Positions 1 to 9,198 of a stretch of 64,000 bases of DNA are shown piece by piece. Each line of letters begins with the position of its first letter. The first letter of the stretch is position 1. The notes under the pieces were generated by a model that made no database searches, was not told where the DNA came from, and worked only from the letters and a program-made list of their open reading frames with translations. Location of the stretch: NCBI GenBank assembly GCA_943912755.1, contig CALTWF010000015.1:6065-70064 (forward strand), read 5' to 3'. The position numbers and the translations under genes were made by a program. This DNA comes from an uncultured Pseudomonas sp. (GTDB lineage Bacteria > Pseudomonadota > Gammaproteobacteria > Pseudomonadales > Pseudomonadaceae).

Positions 1-342
1 AGCGACTGTGCGGCAGACGATGCGGGTGGCATCGTCATCTTCATCCTCCATGGCCATGTTCAGCAGATGGCGCAAACCCGTGGCACGCTCCATCAGCATG
101 ACGCCCGCGGCATCGTCGTAGGCATGGACGTGAGCGGCCCCGTCACCGCCCCACCAGCGCATGACCTGGCCCCCGATCTTTTCGTCGATATGCCGGGCGA
201 TCTTGATCATCGCCGGGCGACCGCGCGGATGCCCATCGAGGCGGACTGGCAACAGGTAGCCAGCATGGGTTGCGAAAGGCTCGCCGTCGGGGAGCGCGTT
301 CCAGCGTTGGAGATAGGCAGCGAAAAGTGTCAGGTCGGGCAT
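1..342 (-). CDS. Aminoglycoside phosphotransferase APH(6)-family kinase, N-terminal part (runs off the window start)
   Basis: Manual translation of the minus strand from ATG at 342: MPDLTLFAAYLQRWNALPDGEPFATHAGYLLPVR...PAMIKIA...VMRWWGGDGAAHVHAYDDAAGVMLMERATG...DDDATRIVC. This matches the APH(6)/StrB N-terminal pattern. Not in the ORF track. Confidence 0.8.
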   Translation of the reverse strand, partial: MPDLTLFAAYLQRWNALPDGEPFATHAGYLLPVRLDGHPRGRPAMIKIARHIDEKIGGQVMRWWGGDGAAHVHAYDDAAGVMLMERATGLRHLLNMAMEDEDDDATRIVCRTVA

Positions 343-508
343 GTGGCGGATTCTTGTGGAATGGAAACACGGTATGAACTCGGGACGGTCTCACAGGGAA
401 TACCCTTCTCGCCCATCCGTTTCACCTTGAGACTTACCATGCAAGCATGCGTTCGGCATCTTTTCGGTTTGCAGATCCCGCCAATGTGGCGCGGTCCAGG
501 CTCGCCCT

Positions 509-1138
509 TCACGCCTGCTGCATAAACGCCAGCCGCAGCGCAAACCCGACCGACAACCCGCCAAACAACCACTGCTGCACGCGCTGCGCAGTGGGACTGC
601 GCTCCAGCCAGCGGCCAACCCAAGTGCCCGCCAGTGCGTAACTGCTGTCGAACAGCAACCCAACGGCGACCAGGATCACCCCGAGCATCACGAACTGCAT
701 CATCACCGGCGCCGCGCCGGGAGTGATGAACTGCGGCAGCAGCACCGAGCAGAACAGCAGGGCCTTGGGGTTGAGCAGGTTGGTCAGCACACCCCGCTGG
801 ATTGCCGATTTCCAGGAAGTGCCGCGCGGGGTTTCGAGCGTGCCAGCCGACGCAACCAATGCGCTCTGCCTGAACAGCTGCAAGCCCATCCACAGCAGAT
901 AAGCCGCCCCCACGATACGCACCACATCGAAGGTCCAGGGCGCCACCTTGAACAAGGTCGCCAGGCCCATCCCCGCCAGCGCCACATGACAGCTACGGGC
1001 AATCGCCAGGCCCAGGGCCGTCGCCAGTGCAGCGCCCCGCCCCTGGCGCGCACCGGTCTGCAGCAGCAGGATCATGTCGGGGCCCGGCAACAGATAGACC
1101 ATGGCCAGCGCCAGCAAGTACAAGCCCGTGTTTTCCAT
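509..1138 (-). CDS. LysE/RhtB family amino-acid exporter
   Basis: PGPD motif, G..TNLLNPK motif, hydrophobic, 209 aa. Confidence 0.9.
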   Translation of the reverse strand: MENTGLYLLALAMVYLLPGPDMILLLQTGARQGRGAALATALGLAIARSCHVALAGMGLATLFKVAPWTFDVVRIVGAAYLLWMGLQLFRQSALVASAGTLETPRGTSWKSAIQRGVLTNLLNPKALLFCSVLLPQFITPGAAPVMMQFVMLGVILVAVGLLFDSSYALAGTWVGRWLERSPTAQRVQQWLFGGLSVGFALRLAFMQQA

Positions 1139-1274
1139 CGTTCGGTACTCCAGGGTGAGTGGGTGCAGAACAGAAGTCTAAGCCCGGAGGCCAGGGCAGG
1201 TGCTTGCCTATTCGACCCCTTGAAGGCCTATAGTTGGCAGACTCTGCCAATTACAAACCTCATAAAGTACGAAC

Positions 1275-1757
1275 ATGCCAAAAACCAAACTTGACGCCTA
1301 TGACCGCCGCATCCTCGCCGCCCTGCAGCGCGACGGCCGCCTGACCAACGTGCAGCTGGCGGACGAGATCGGCCTGTCGGCCTCACCCTGCCTGCGCCGC
1401 GTGCGTCATCTGGAGGATACGGGGGTGATCAATGGCTATCGGGCAAGCCTCGACCCCGACGAGGTCGGGCTGGGCCTGACGGTGTTCGTCGGGATCAAGG
1501 TCGAGCGGCATCACGAAACGGAAGCCGAGCGCTTCCGCGAAGCGGTGCTGGCGCTGCCGGAAGTCATCTCGGCCTTTCTCGTGTCAGGCGAATCGGATTT
1601 CCTGCTGCATGTGGTGGTGCCGGACTTGCGCGGCTACGAGCGCTTTCTTACCGGCACCCTGCTCAAGTTGCCCGGGGTCAGTGATATCCGCAGCAACTTC
1701 GCCATTCAGACGGTCAAGGCGCAGAGCCCGTTGCCACTCAATCATCTGCCTGATTGA
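1275..1757 (+). CDS. Lrp/AsnC family transcriptional regulator
   Basis: LDAYDRRILAALQRDGR...LADEIGLSASPCLRRV HTH; divergent from the LysE gene. Confidence 0.92.
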   Translation: MPKTKLDAYDRRILAALQRDGRLTNVQLADEIGLSASPCLRRVRHLEDTGVINGYRASLDPDEVGLGLTVFVGIKVERHHETEAERFREAVLALPEVISAFLVSGESDFLLHVVVPDLRGYERFLTGTLLKLPGVSDIRSNFAIQTVKAQSPLPLNHLPD

Positions 1758-2236
1758 GCCAGCCACAGCATCCCCCGTACCCTGACCTGCGGATGACTCT
1801 CCAGCCGCTCCCACTCATCGAGGAACACGAAACCCTCCCGCTGGTACAGCCTCACCGCGTGCATATTGTCCGGCGCGACATCGAGATACACCCGCCCATG
1901 CCCCTGCTCCACCGCCCGCGCCTTGACCGCCGCGACCAGCCGCGGGGCCAGGCCATGGCCGCGGGATCCCGGCTCCAGCCACAGGCCGATCAGGTTGAAA
2001 CGCCCCGCTTCGCCCAGCGTTGCGCCGACCATGCCCACCGCCCGCCCTTCGACGAAGGCCAGCCAGAACGCCGTGCCCGTCGATGACGCCCGCTGCCGCC
2101 ACTGTTCATCCGTGTAGCGGCTGGCGCTCTGGTAAGTGACGCCAAAGGCTTTCGGCGCATCGAGCAAGGCAGCCAGTCGCACCTGTTTCAAGTGCTGCCA
2201 GTCGTCGACGGTGGTCAGACGAATTTCCATACTCAT
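1742..2236 (-). CDS. GNAT family N-acetyltransferase
   Basis: RGHGLA acetyl-CoA motif A; N..AVRLYQREGF motif B. Confidence 0.85.
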   Translation of the reverse strand: MSMEIRLTTVDDWQHLKQVRLAALLDAPKAFGVTYQSASRYTDEQWRQRASSTGTAFWLAFVEGRAVGMVGATLGEAGRFNLIGLWLEPGSRGHGLAPRLVAAVKARAVEQGHGRVYLDVAPDNMHAVRLYQREGFVFLDEWERLESHPQVRVRGMLWLAQSGR

Positions 2237-2264
2237 GGCCCTCTTCCCTCTACCTGAGGCCAGC

Positions 2265-2975
2265 TCAACCCCGGCCGCCAGCAGGCACCTGCACCAGCTC
2301 CGGTATCAGCCCGCCCTTCACCACCCTCAGCAACAAGGCATCGACCTGGCGCTTGAGGGTGTCGTATTCGGCTTTTTCCTGGGTATCGCCCAACCGTGCC
2401 AGGTTGACCAGGCCCACGCGCTGGTCGATCGCATCGCTGTTGGCGAGCCCGCCCAGCGGCTTCTGGTCCGGGCCCTGGAGCGCCATAAGCAACTTGAATT
2501 CTTCTGGCCGGCTGCTCGGGAACAGCCCGAAGGTGAGCAGTGTGCCGAGGCTGCCCAGTGCCCCGCCGCCATCGAGCGGCCAATAGGTGTACAGCCGCAG
2601 GTGCAGTTGGTAATCCCCAGGCCGCAACGGCTCGTCATTCATCGCGACATGCTCGAACAGGGCCGTTTCGCTGAGAACCTGCCGCACGATCTGCGTGGTG
2701 TTCCGTTGCCTTTCGGCCGGCGCGAGGGGGGACTGGGCGCCGAGGTTGCGCATGACTTTCGCGTCGTTGCCGTACTCGGTGTCCTTCATCGAAGCCGCCA
2801 GCAGGTGCGGCAGGGGGCTGCCGTAGTAGTGGCTTACCGAAACATGCACGCCGGGCTTTGGCTTGCCTTCGGCCAGGGTCGGCAAGGTGCTGGGCGCCAC
2901 CAGGTTTTCCGGCACGCTGGCGCAACCGCCAAGCAGCAGGCACAGGGAGAGACACAGGCGGGTAACGACAGTCAT
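2265..2975 (-). CDS. Putative lipoprotein of unknown function
   Basis: MTVVTRLCLSLCLLLGGC signal peptide with lipobox; probably co-transcribed with the GNAT gene. Confidence 0.65.
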   Translation of the reverse strand: MTVVTRLCLSLCLLLGGCASVPENLVAPSTLPTLAEGKPKPGVHVSVSHYYGSPLPHLLAASMKDTEYGNDAKVMRNLGAQSPLAPAERQRNTTQIVRQVLSETALFEHVAMNDEPLRPGDYQLHLRLYTYWPLDGGGALGSLGTLLTFGLFPSSRPEEFKLLMALQGPDQKPLGGLANSDAIDQRVGLVNLARLGDTQEKAEYDTLKRQVDALLLRVVKGGLIPELVQVPAGGRG

Positions 2976-3080
2976 GCAAACCTTCCTTTGAATGCGGAGC
3001 ATGATTGTAGAGAGCGCGAGGTGATTGTTGAAGGCCGTCGCGCATCGCCAGCGACGTCATGAACACAACTAAAGGTTCTG

Positions 3081-3093
3081 TGAATTCAATTCA
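3081..3093. promoter_or_regulatory. MetR box (TGAA-N5-TTCA)
   Basis: TGAATTCAATTCA upstream of the DUF1852/methionine synthase operon, which ends in a metR paralogue; degenerate second box at about 3060-3072. Confidence 0.65.
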
Positions 3094-3169
3094 GTTCCGC
3101 TCATTCAATAGCCAAACCTAAAATGCGCACCATTGCAGGGCTTATTGAAATTCGAGCGGAATACCAGCC

Positions 3170-4156
3170 ATGACCCATCAAGAACTTGGTTTTTCCATCA
3201 AAAGCATTCGCTTCGATGAACACTACCAGCCGGCGGAAAATACCCGCCTGACCACCAACTTCGCCAACCTGGCGCGGGGCACTCGACGTCAGGAAAACCT
3301 GCGCAATACCTTGCGCATGATTGATAACCGCTTCAATGCCCTGGCGTATTGGGACAATCCCCGCGGCGATCGCTACAGCGTCGAACTCGAAATCATTTCC
3401 GTGGCAATGGATATCGCTGCCGGGAACAGCGATAGCGCCCTGCCCCTGATCGAAATATTGCAGACCGGCATCATCGACAGGCAAACCGGCGAAAGGATCG
3501 CCGGCATGGTGGGAAACAACTTTTCCTCCTATGTGCGGGACTACGATTTCAGCGTAGTGCTGCTGGGACACAACAAGGACCAGCCGGCCTTCAGCACCCC
3601 CGAACACTTTGGCGAGCTGCACGGCAAGTTGTTCAAGTGCTTCGTCAACTCAAGTACCTATAAAGAGCATTTCGACAAGCCGCCGGTCATCTGCCTGAGT
3701 GTTTCCAGCAGCAAGACTTATCACCGCACCGAAAACCAGCACCCGGTCCTCGGCTTCGAATACCAGCAGGATGAGTACTCGCTGACCGACGAGTATTTCG
3801 AAAAGATGGGCCTGAAAGTTCGCTACTTCATGCCACCGAACAGCGTGGCGCCATTGGCTTTCTACTTCTCCGGCGACCTGCTGGGTGACTACAGCAACCT
3901 GGAACTGATCAGCACCATCAGCACCATGGATACCTTCCAGAAGATCTACCGGCCCGAGATCTACAACGCCAATTCCGGGGCGGGCAAGTCCTATCGGCCC
4001 AGCCTGCAGCATCAGGATTACTCGCTGACCCGCATCGTCTACGACCGCGAGGAGCGCAGCCGGCTGGCCATCGAGCAAGGGAAGTTCGTCGAGGAACACT
4101 TCATCAAGCCGCACCACGCGTTTCTTCAGCAGTGGTCCGCCCGCTACGCCGCCTGA
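3170..4156 (+). CDS. mesX: DUF1852 family protein (MesX, partner of MesD methionine synthase)
   Basis: TRLTTNFANLARG..RQENLRNTLRMIDNRFN signature; directly upstream of a core methionine synthase. Confidence 0.85.
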   Translation: MTHQELGFSIKSIRFDEHYQPAENTRLTTNFANLARGTRRQENLRNTLRMIDNRFNALAYWDNPRGDRYSVELEIISVAMDIAAGNSDSALPLIEILQTGIIDRQTGERIAGMVGNNFSSYVRDYDFSVVLLGHNKDQPAFSTPEHFGELHGKLFKCFVNSSTYKEHFDKPPVICLSVSSSKTYHRTENQHPVLGFEYQQDEYSLTDEYFEKMGLKVRYFMPPNSVAPLAFYFSGDLLGDYSNLELISTISTMDTFQKIYRPEIYNANSGAGKSYRPSLQHQDYSLTRIVYDREERSRLAIEQGKFVEEHFIKPHHAFLQQWSARYAA

Positions 4157-4183
4157 TCAACCAAAAATACAAGGTATGCCTTC

Positions 4184-5215
4184 GTGAAAAAGCTGTTGCC
4201 CACTTCGACTGCCGGAAGTTTGCCGAAACCGTCCTGGCTCGCCCAACCGGAAACCCTTTGGTCGCCCTGGAAACTGCAAGACCAGGAATTGCTCGACGGC
4301 AAGCAGGATGCCCTGCGCTTGTCATTGCAAGAGCAACAACAGGCGGGCATCGATATCGTCAGTGATGGCGAACAGACCCGCCAACACTTCGTGACCACCT
4401 TTATCGAGCATTTGAGCGGGGTTGATTTCGAAAAGCGCGAAACCGTCAGGATCCGTGATCGCTACGATGCCAGCGTACCCACGGTAGTGGGTGCGGTTGC
4501 CCGGCAAAAGCCGGTATTCGTCGAAGATGCAAAGTTCCTGCGCCAGCAAACCGGGCAGCCGATCAAATGGGCACTGCCCGGCCCGATGACCATGATCGAT
4601 ACGCTGTACGACAGCCACTATAAAAGTCGCGAAAAACTGGCATGGGAGTTCGCCAAAATACTCAACGAGGAAGCCAGGGAACTGGAAGCGGCCGGCGTCG
4701 ATATCATTCAGTTCGACGAGCCGGCATTCAATGTGTTCTTCGACGAAGTCAACGACTGGGGTGTCGCCACTCTGGAAAGAGCCATCGAAGGCCTCAAGTG
4801 CGAAACCGCCGTGCATATCTGCTACGGCTATGGCATCAAGGCCAATACCGACTGGAAGAAGACCCTGGGCTCGGAATGGCGGCAATACGAAGAGGCCTTC
4901 CCCAAGTTGCAAAAGTCCGGCATCGATATCATCTCGCTGGAGTGCCACAACTCCCGCGTGCCCATGGACCTGATCGAACTTATCCGCGGCAAGAAAGTGA
5001 TGGTCGGCGCCATCGACGTGGCGAACCACAGCATTGAAACCCCCGAGGAAGTGGCCAATACCCTGCGCAAGGCCCTGCAATTCGTCGATGCCGACAAACT
5101 CTATCCATGCACCAACTGCGGCATGGCGCCCCTGCCCCGCCAGGTCGCCCGCGGCAAGCTGAAAGCCTTGAGTGCGGGCGCAGAAATCGTCCGCAGAGAA
5201 CTCGCGGCCAACTGA
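4184..5215 (+). CDS. mesD: Cobalamin-independent core methionine synthase (MesD type, single domain)
   Basis: GSLPKP, SDGEQ, QFDEP, HICYG and PCTNCG zinc-ligand motifs; 343 aa, lacking the N-terminal folate half of MetE; GTG start. Confidence 0.85.
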   Translation: MKKLLPTSTAGSLPKPSWLAQPETLWSPWKLQDQELLDGKQDALRLSLQEQQQAGIDIVSDGEQTRQHFVTTFIEHLSGVDFEKRETVRIRDRYDASVPTVVGAVARQKPVFVEDAKFLRQQTGQPIKWALPGPMTMIDTLYDSHYKSREKLAWEFAKILNEEARELEAAGVDIIQFDEPAFNVFFDEVNDWGVATLERAIEGLKCETAVHICYGYGIKANTDWKKTLGSEWRQYEEAFPKLQKSGIDIISLECHNSRVPMDLIELIRGKKVMVGAIDVANHSIETPEEVANTLRKALQFVDADKLYPCTNCGMAPLPRQVARGKLKALSAGAEIVRRELAAN

Positions 5216-5232
5216 AGGCACCAGGACCTCCC

Positions 5233-5742
5233 ATGTCACTTTCCAGCACGGCCGTCGGGCCCACGAGCTTTCGCCAGGCGCTCGGACACTACGCCTCCGG
5301 CATCACCGTGATCACCTCGCAGATCGATGGCCAGGCGGTCGGTTTCACCTGCCAATCGTTCTACAGCGTGTCGGTGAATCCGCCGCTGGTGTCGTTCAGC
5401 GTGATGGCCGGCTCGGCCAGCTATCCGGCAATCCGCCAGGCGGGCCGCTTCGCGGTGAACATCCTTTCCGGTGAACAGATCGGCATTTCCAACCAGTTCG
5501 CCCGCCGGGGTACGGACAAGTGGCATGGCGTGCAATGGCAGGCGTCGCCTTTGGGCAATCCGCTCATCGCCGGCAGCCTGCATTGGCTGGATTGCGAGAT
5601 TCACGCCGAACACGCCGCCGGCGATCACCTGATCGTCATCGGCGAAGTGAAGGCGCTGAACCCGCTGGAACCTGCAACCACGCAACCCTTGCTGTATTTC
5701 AAAGGACAATATTGCAACCTCGCCGCGCTGGCTGCGGTTTGA
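5233..5742 (+). CDS. Flavin reductase (HpaC/DszD-like)
   Basis: FRQALGHYASGITVIT, SVSVNPPLV, GDH motifs; ATG at 5233. Confidence 0.88.
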   Translation: MSLSSTAVGPTSFRQALGHYASGITVITSQIDGQAVGFTCQSFYSVSVNPPLVSFSVMAGSASYPAIRQAGRFAVNILSGEQIGISNQFARRGTDKWHGVQWQASPLGNPLIAGSLHWLDCEIHAEHAAGDHLIVIGEVKALNPLEPATTQPLLYFKGQYCNLAALAAV

Positions 5743-5759
5743 GCGTTTGCCCTTCGCCC

Positions 5760-6689
5760 ATGATCGATCTGAGACACCTGCGCACCCTCCACGCCCTGCG
5801 GGAAACGGACAGCCTGCCAGAGGCCGCGCAACGCCTGCACCTGACCCAGTCGGCGCTATCGCACCAGTTCCGCGAGCTGGAGCATCGCCTCGGCATGCCG
5901 GTGTTCGTGCGCAAGTCGAAGCCGGTGCGCTTCACCACCGCGGGCCTCAAGCTGCTGCAACTGGCCGACCAGGTGCTGCCGCTGATCCGCACCACGGAAC
6001 GCAACCTGAACAAACTGGCTGGCGGTACGGCCGACCGGCTGCATATCGCCATCGAGTGCCACAGTTGCTACCAGTGGCTGATGCCTTCGCTCGACGAATT
6101 TCGCGGCAACTGGCCGGAAGTCGAGCTGGACCTGGCCTCGGGCCTGGCGTTCGCGCCGCTGCCGGCCCTGGAGCGCGGCGACCTGGACCTGGTGGTGACC
6201 TCCGACCCGCTGCCCCTGCCGGGCATCACCTATGTCCCGCTGTTCGAGTACGAGGCGCTGCTGGCCATCGACAAGCACCACGCCCTGCGCGACAGGCCCT
6301 GGCTGGAACCTGCCGACCTCGCCAGCCAGACCCTGATCACCTACCCGATCGAGCGCGACCGCCTGGACATCTTCGCCCGCTTCCTCGACCCGGCCGATAT
6401 CGAGCCGGCCCAGGTTCGCACCGCCGAGATGACCGTGATGATGATGCAGCTGGTCGCCAGCGGCCGAGGGGTGTGCAGCCTGCCCAACTGGGCGGTGCAC
6501 GAGTACACCACCCGCGGCTATGTGCTTGCCAGGCGCCTGGGCCAGCAAGGGCTGCACGCCACGCTATTCGCCGCCGTGCGCAGCGACATGCTCGAAGCGC
6601 CCTACATGAGCGACTTCCTGCTCACGGCAAAGGACATTTCCTTTGCCACCCTGGAGGGCGTGCATGCCGCCTCGGGCCCGGTGGCCTGA
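5760..6689 (+). CDS. metR: LysR regulator, MetR paralogue
   Basis: LHLTQSALSHQF HTH; IECHSCYQWL and LDLVVTSD MetR-typical motifs. Confidence 0.85.
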   Translation: MIDLRHLRTLHALRETDSLPEAAQRLHLTQSALSHQFRELEHRLGMPVFVRKSKPVRFTTAGLKLLQLADQVLPLIRTTERNLNKLAGGTADRLHIAIECHSCYQWLMPSLDEFRGNWPEVELDLASGLAFAPLPALERGDLDLVVTSDPLPLPGITYVPLFEYEALLAIDKHHALRDRPWLEPADLASQTLITYPIERDRLDIFARFLDPADIEPAQVRTAEMTVMMMQLVASGRGVCSLPNWAVHEYTTRGYVLARRLGQQGLHATLFAAVRSDMLEAPYMSDFLLTAKDISFATLEGVHAASGPVA

Positions 6690-6808
6690 AACGCCGCTGC
6701 CGAACACGATCTGCTGAAACTTTCCGCGCCTGCCACGTCATACAAGGGTGGCGGGCGCTGGATGCGCTCCCCATGCGTTCACCGCCAATGACCAGTCATG
6801 AGGGATCC

Positions 6809-7540
6809 ATGAAAAAGTTGCTGCTGATTGCCTTGCCCGCCATTGCCCTGAACCTGCACGCGGCCGAGCCGGGCAGGTCGTTCAAACCGGGCTTCGAACC
6901 AGGCTACCTCGAAGTTTCGATCCACGACCTTCCCGAGGGAAGCGCCCAGGACATTGGCGCGGCCTTGCGTCAATACACCCGCAATCTCGACGCTGGCGGC
7001 AGCAGTCCGAAGGCAGAACGACCCGGACGCAATGACCGCGACCTGCAAGCCCTGGTCATCTACCCCAAGGAGCACGTCTACGAGGTGAAAAATGCGACGC
7101 TGGAGCGCAAGCTCGACGCGAAGCACCTGGTGACCGACTACTCGTCACTCATGATCGAACCGCTGGATCTCGACGCGACCCGTCCTTGCCGGCTTGTCGG
7201 CACTTCGACCAACGGCGTGTACAACCGCGACACCCGCCAGCATTCCGGCTTCGCCCGCGTCTTCGCCTGTCCTGACGGTGATGTGCTGATCCGCGACATG
7301 ACGTTCTACAAGATGCGCAAAACCGTTATCAAAGAACAGCGCAATGTCGATCTGGATGGCAGCAATGGCGCCATGCATGGCATGCGGGACCCGCACGGCA
7401 ACAGCTTCACCAGCCTGTCCTGGGTATCCGGCGGCGTCGATCACCTGGTGCAGAAGACCGGCGTCGAGGCCGCGACGCGGGAATGGCTGATCCGCTATGC
7501 CCGGGAAGTGATGCGCAAGGAGGCTGAACGACAGCGCTGA
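6809..7540 (+). CDS. Secreted hypothetical protein
   Basis: MKKLLLIALPAIALNLHA signal peptide, RBS GAGGGA; two Cys; distantly similar to 16872..17516. Confidence 0.7.
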   Translation: MKKLLLIALPAIALNLHAAEPGRSFKPGFEPGYLEVSIHDLPEGSAQDIGAALRQYTRNLDAGGSSPKAERPGRNDRDLQALVIYPKEHVYEVKNATLERKLDAKHLVTDYSSLMIEPLDLDATRPCRLVGTSTNGVYNRDTRQHSGFARVFACPDGDVLIRDMTFYKMRKTVIKEQRNVDLDGSNGAMHGMRDPHGNSFTSLSWVSGGVDHLVQKTGVEAATREWLIRYAREVMRKEAERQR

Positions 7541-7553
7541 GGCAACGGCCCGG

Positions 7554-8501
7554 TCAGGCCGCGACGACCCGCGTCCAGAACCGCGTGTAGCGCTGCAAGC
7601 GCACCGGCAGCGAGAGCTCCACGGCCTGCAGCGCAAGATCGATGTCATCCAGCGGATAAGTGCCGGACACCCGCAACCGGGCGACCTGCGGCGCGCACCC
7701 GAGGTAACCCGGGCGATAGCGCTGCAGCTCTGCGAGCAGTTGCGCCAGGCTCCAGCCATCGACGATCAGGCGGCCTTGCGACCAAGCCTCATCCTCCGCT
7801 CGCAGGCGGCGCGTCGGCGAAACCCCGTGACCATCGATGAAGACCTCGTTGCCACTGGCGACGACCGTCTCGCTGGCCTGCGAACCGGGGCGCACCGCGA
7901 CAGCGTGCTCATACACGCTGAGACGGGTACCCGCCTCCAGTTGCTGCACGGCAAAACGGGTGCCGAGCGCACGCAGGTCGCCCTGGGCGCTGCGCACGAT
8001 CAGAGGTCGGGGGTCCTTGCCAGTCGTCACATGCAGGTTGCCGCCGCGCAGGATCAGCAACCGCGTCGTGCCATCGAACGCCACGTCCACCGCAGTGGCC
8101 GTATCCAGTACCAGCAACGTACCGTCGGATAACCGCTGCCGCCGCTGTTCACCGGTACCGGTGCGCAGGTCGGCCATCCACACCGGCGCCGAGCTGTAGC
8201 CTTGCCAACCCAGCGCGGCCAATCCGCCACCGAGGACCAGGCCACCAAGCAGATTGCGCCGGCTCACCCCGCCCCCTTGCAGGCTCACCTGTTCCATCAC
8301 CTGCCAGCCGAGTTGCTGCGGCACCTGGCCGATGCGGGTCTGCAAGGAGGCCAGGCGTTCCCAGGCCCAACGATGCTCCGCGCGGTCGCCATGCCAGGCC
8401 TGCCATCGCTGCTCAAGCGCGGGATCGTCGGGGCTGGCGCACAACTGCGCGAACCATTGGGCAGCCTCGCGCAGGGCTTGCCGCTTGGCATCGGCGTTCA
8501 C
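7554..8501 (-). CDS. fecR: FecR-family anti-sigma/transmembrane sensor
   Basis: AAQWF N-domain, SRRNLL, DLRTGTGEQR..LSDGT..LDT, LRVSGTY; GTG start overlaps the fecI stop. Confidence 0.88.
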   Translation of the reverse strand: MNADAKRQALREAAQWFAQLCASPDDPALEQRWQAWHGDRAEHRWAWERLASLQTRIGQVPQQLGWQVMEQVSLQGGGVSRRNLLGGLVLGGGLAALGWQGYSSAPVWMADLRTGTGEQRRQRLSDGTLLVLDTATAVDVAFDGTTRLLILRGGNLHVTTGKDPRPLIVRSAQGDLRALGTRFAVQQLEAGTRLSVYEHAVAVRPGSQASETVVASGNEVFIDGHGVSPTRRLRAEDEAWSQGRLIVDGWSLAQLLAELQRYRPGYLGCAPQVARLRVSGTYPLDDIDLALQAVELSLPVRLQRYTRFWTRVVAA

Positions 8502-9019
8502 CCGGCCTCGTCCATGCAGAACAGCAGGCAACGCTCGGTGGCGCGCGCCATGTACTTGGTCACCGAGCTGACGGAGATCTGCAACTGCTCGGCAATCTGC
8601 GGATAGGTCAGCCCCTGCAACTGCGACATCAGGAACGCCGCCTTGGCCTTGCGGCCCAGGCCATCGAGCATGCGGTCCAGCGCCAGCAAGGTCTCCAGGA
8701 TGATCAAGCGCTCCTCGGCCGACAGCTCGAACGACTCCGGTTGACGGGCCAGCACCTCCAGGTAGGCGCGCTCCACCGACTGGCGACGAAAACTGTCGAC
8801 CATCACCCGCTTGGCGATCGTCACCAGGAAGTGCCTGGGCTCGCTGAGCGTGGCCGCCACCGGGCTTCGGTGTTCGGCCAGGAGCACGCGCAAGAACGTG
8901 TCCTGGGCGAAATCGGCCGCCTGCTGCGAACAACCGGTGCGCTTGTTCAACCAGCCCACCAGCCAGCGCTGATGATCGCTATAGAGCGTTTCTACGGGAT
9001 TGTGGGAAGACATGGACAT
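8498..9019 (-). CDS. fecI: FecI-like ECF sigma-70 factor
   Basis: LYSDHQRWL, ADFAQDTFLRVL, GLTYPQIAEQLQISVSSV. Confidence 0.88.
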   Translation of the reverse strand: MSMSSHNPVETLYSDHQRWLVGWLNKRTGCSQQAADFAQDTFLRVLLAEHRSPVAATLSEPRHFLVTIAKRVMVDSFRRQSVERAYLEVLARQPESFELSAEERLIILETLLALDRMLDGLGRKAKAAFLMSQLQGLTYPQIAEQLQISVSSVTKYMARATERCLLFCMDEAG

Positions 9020-9029
9020 GCGACGCGTA

Positions 9030-9051
9030 GATAGGAATGAGTCGCAATATA
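9030..9051. promoter_or_regulatory. Possible Fur box
   Basis: GATAGGAATGAGTCGCAATAT, an AT-rich element just upstream of fecI resembling Pseudomonas Fur sites. Confidence 0.4.
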
Positions 9052-9198
9052 TGTAAATTGGCCAATGACGGCAATCTGCTTGCATCGTTGCCGCGAGCAG
9101 GCAAAAAAAATTTCAAAAGGCATTGTCGGTTTTCCCTCTGCACCGCGACTCCTTGTGTAAACCCTCGACAATTCCAGCCTTTGCCATCAGGAAACAGC

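Noticed and set aside
67..525. 152-aa plus-strand ORF
   Set aside because: Antisense to the convincing APH(6)-like frame
5747..7540. 597-aa ORF overlapping metR
   Set aside because: The N-terminal part is an off-frame run over metR; the real gene starts at 6809 with a signal peptide
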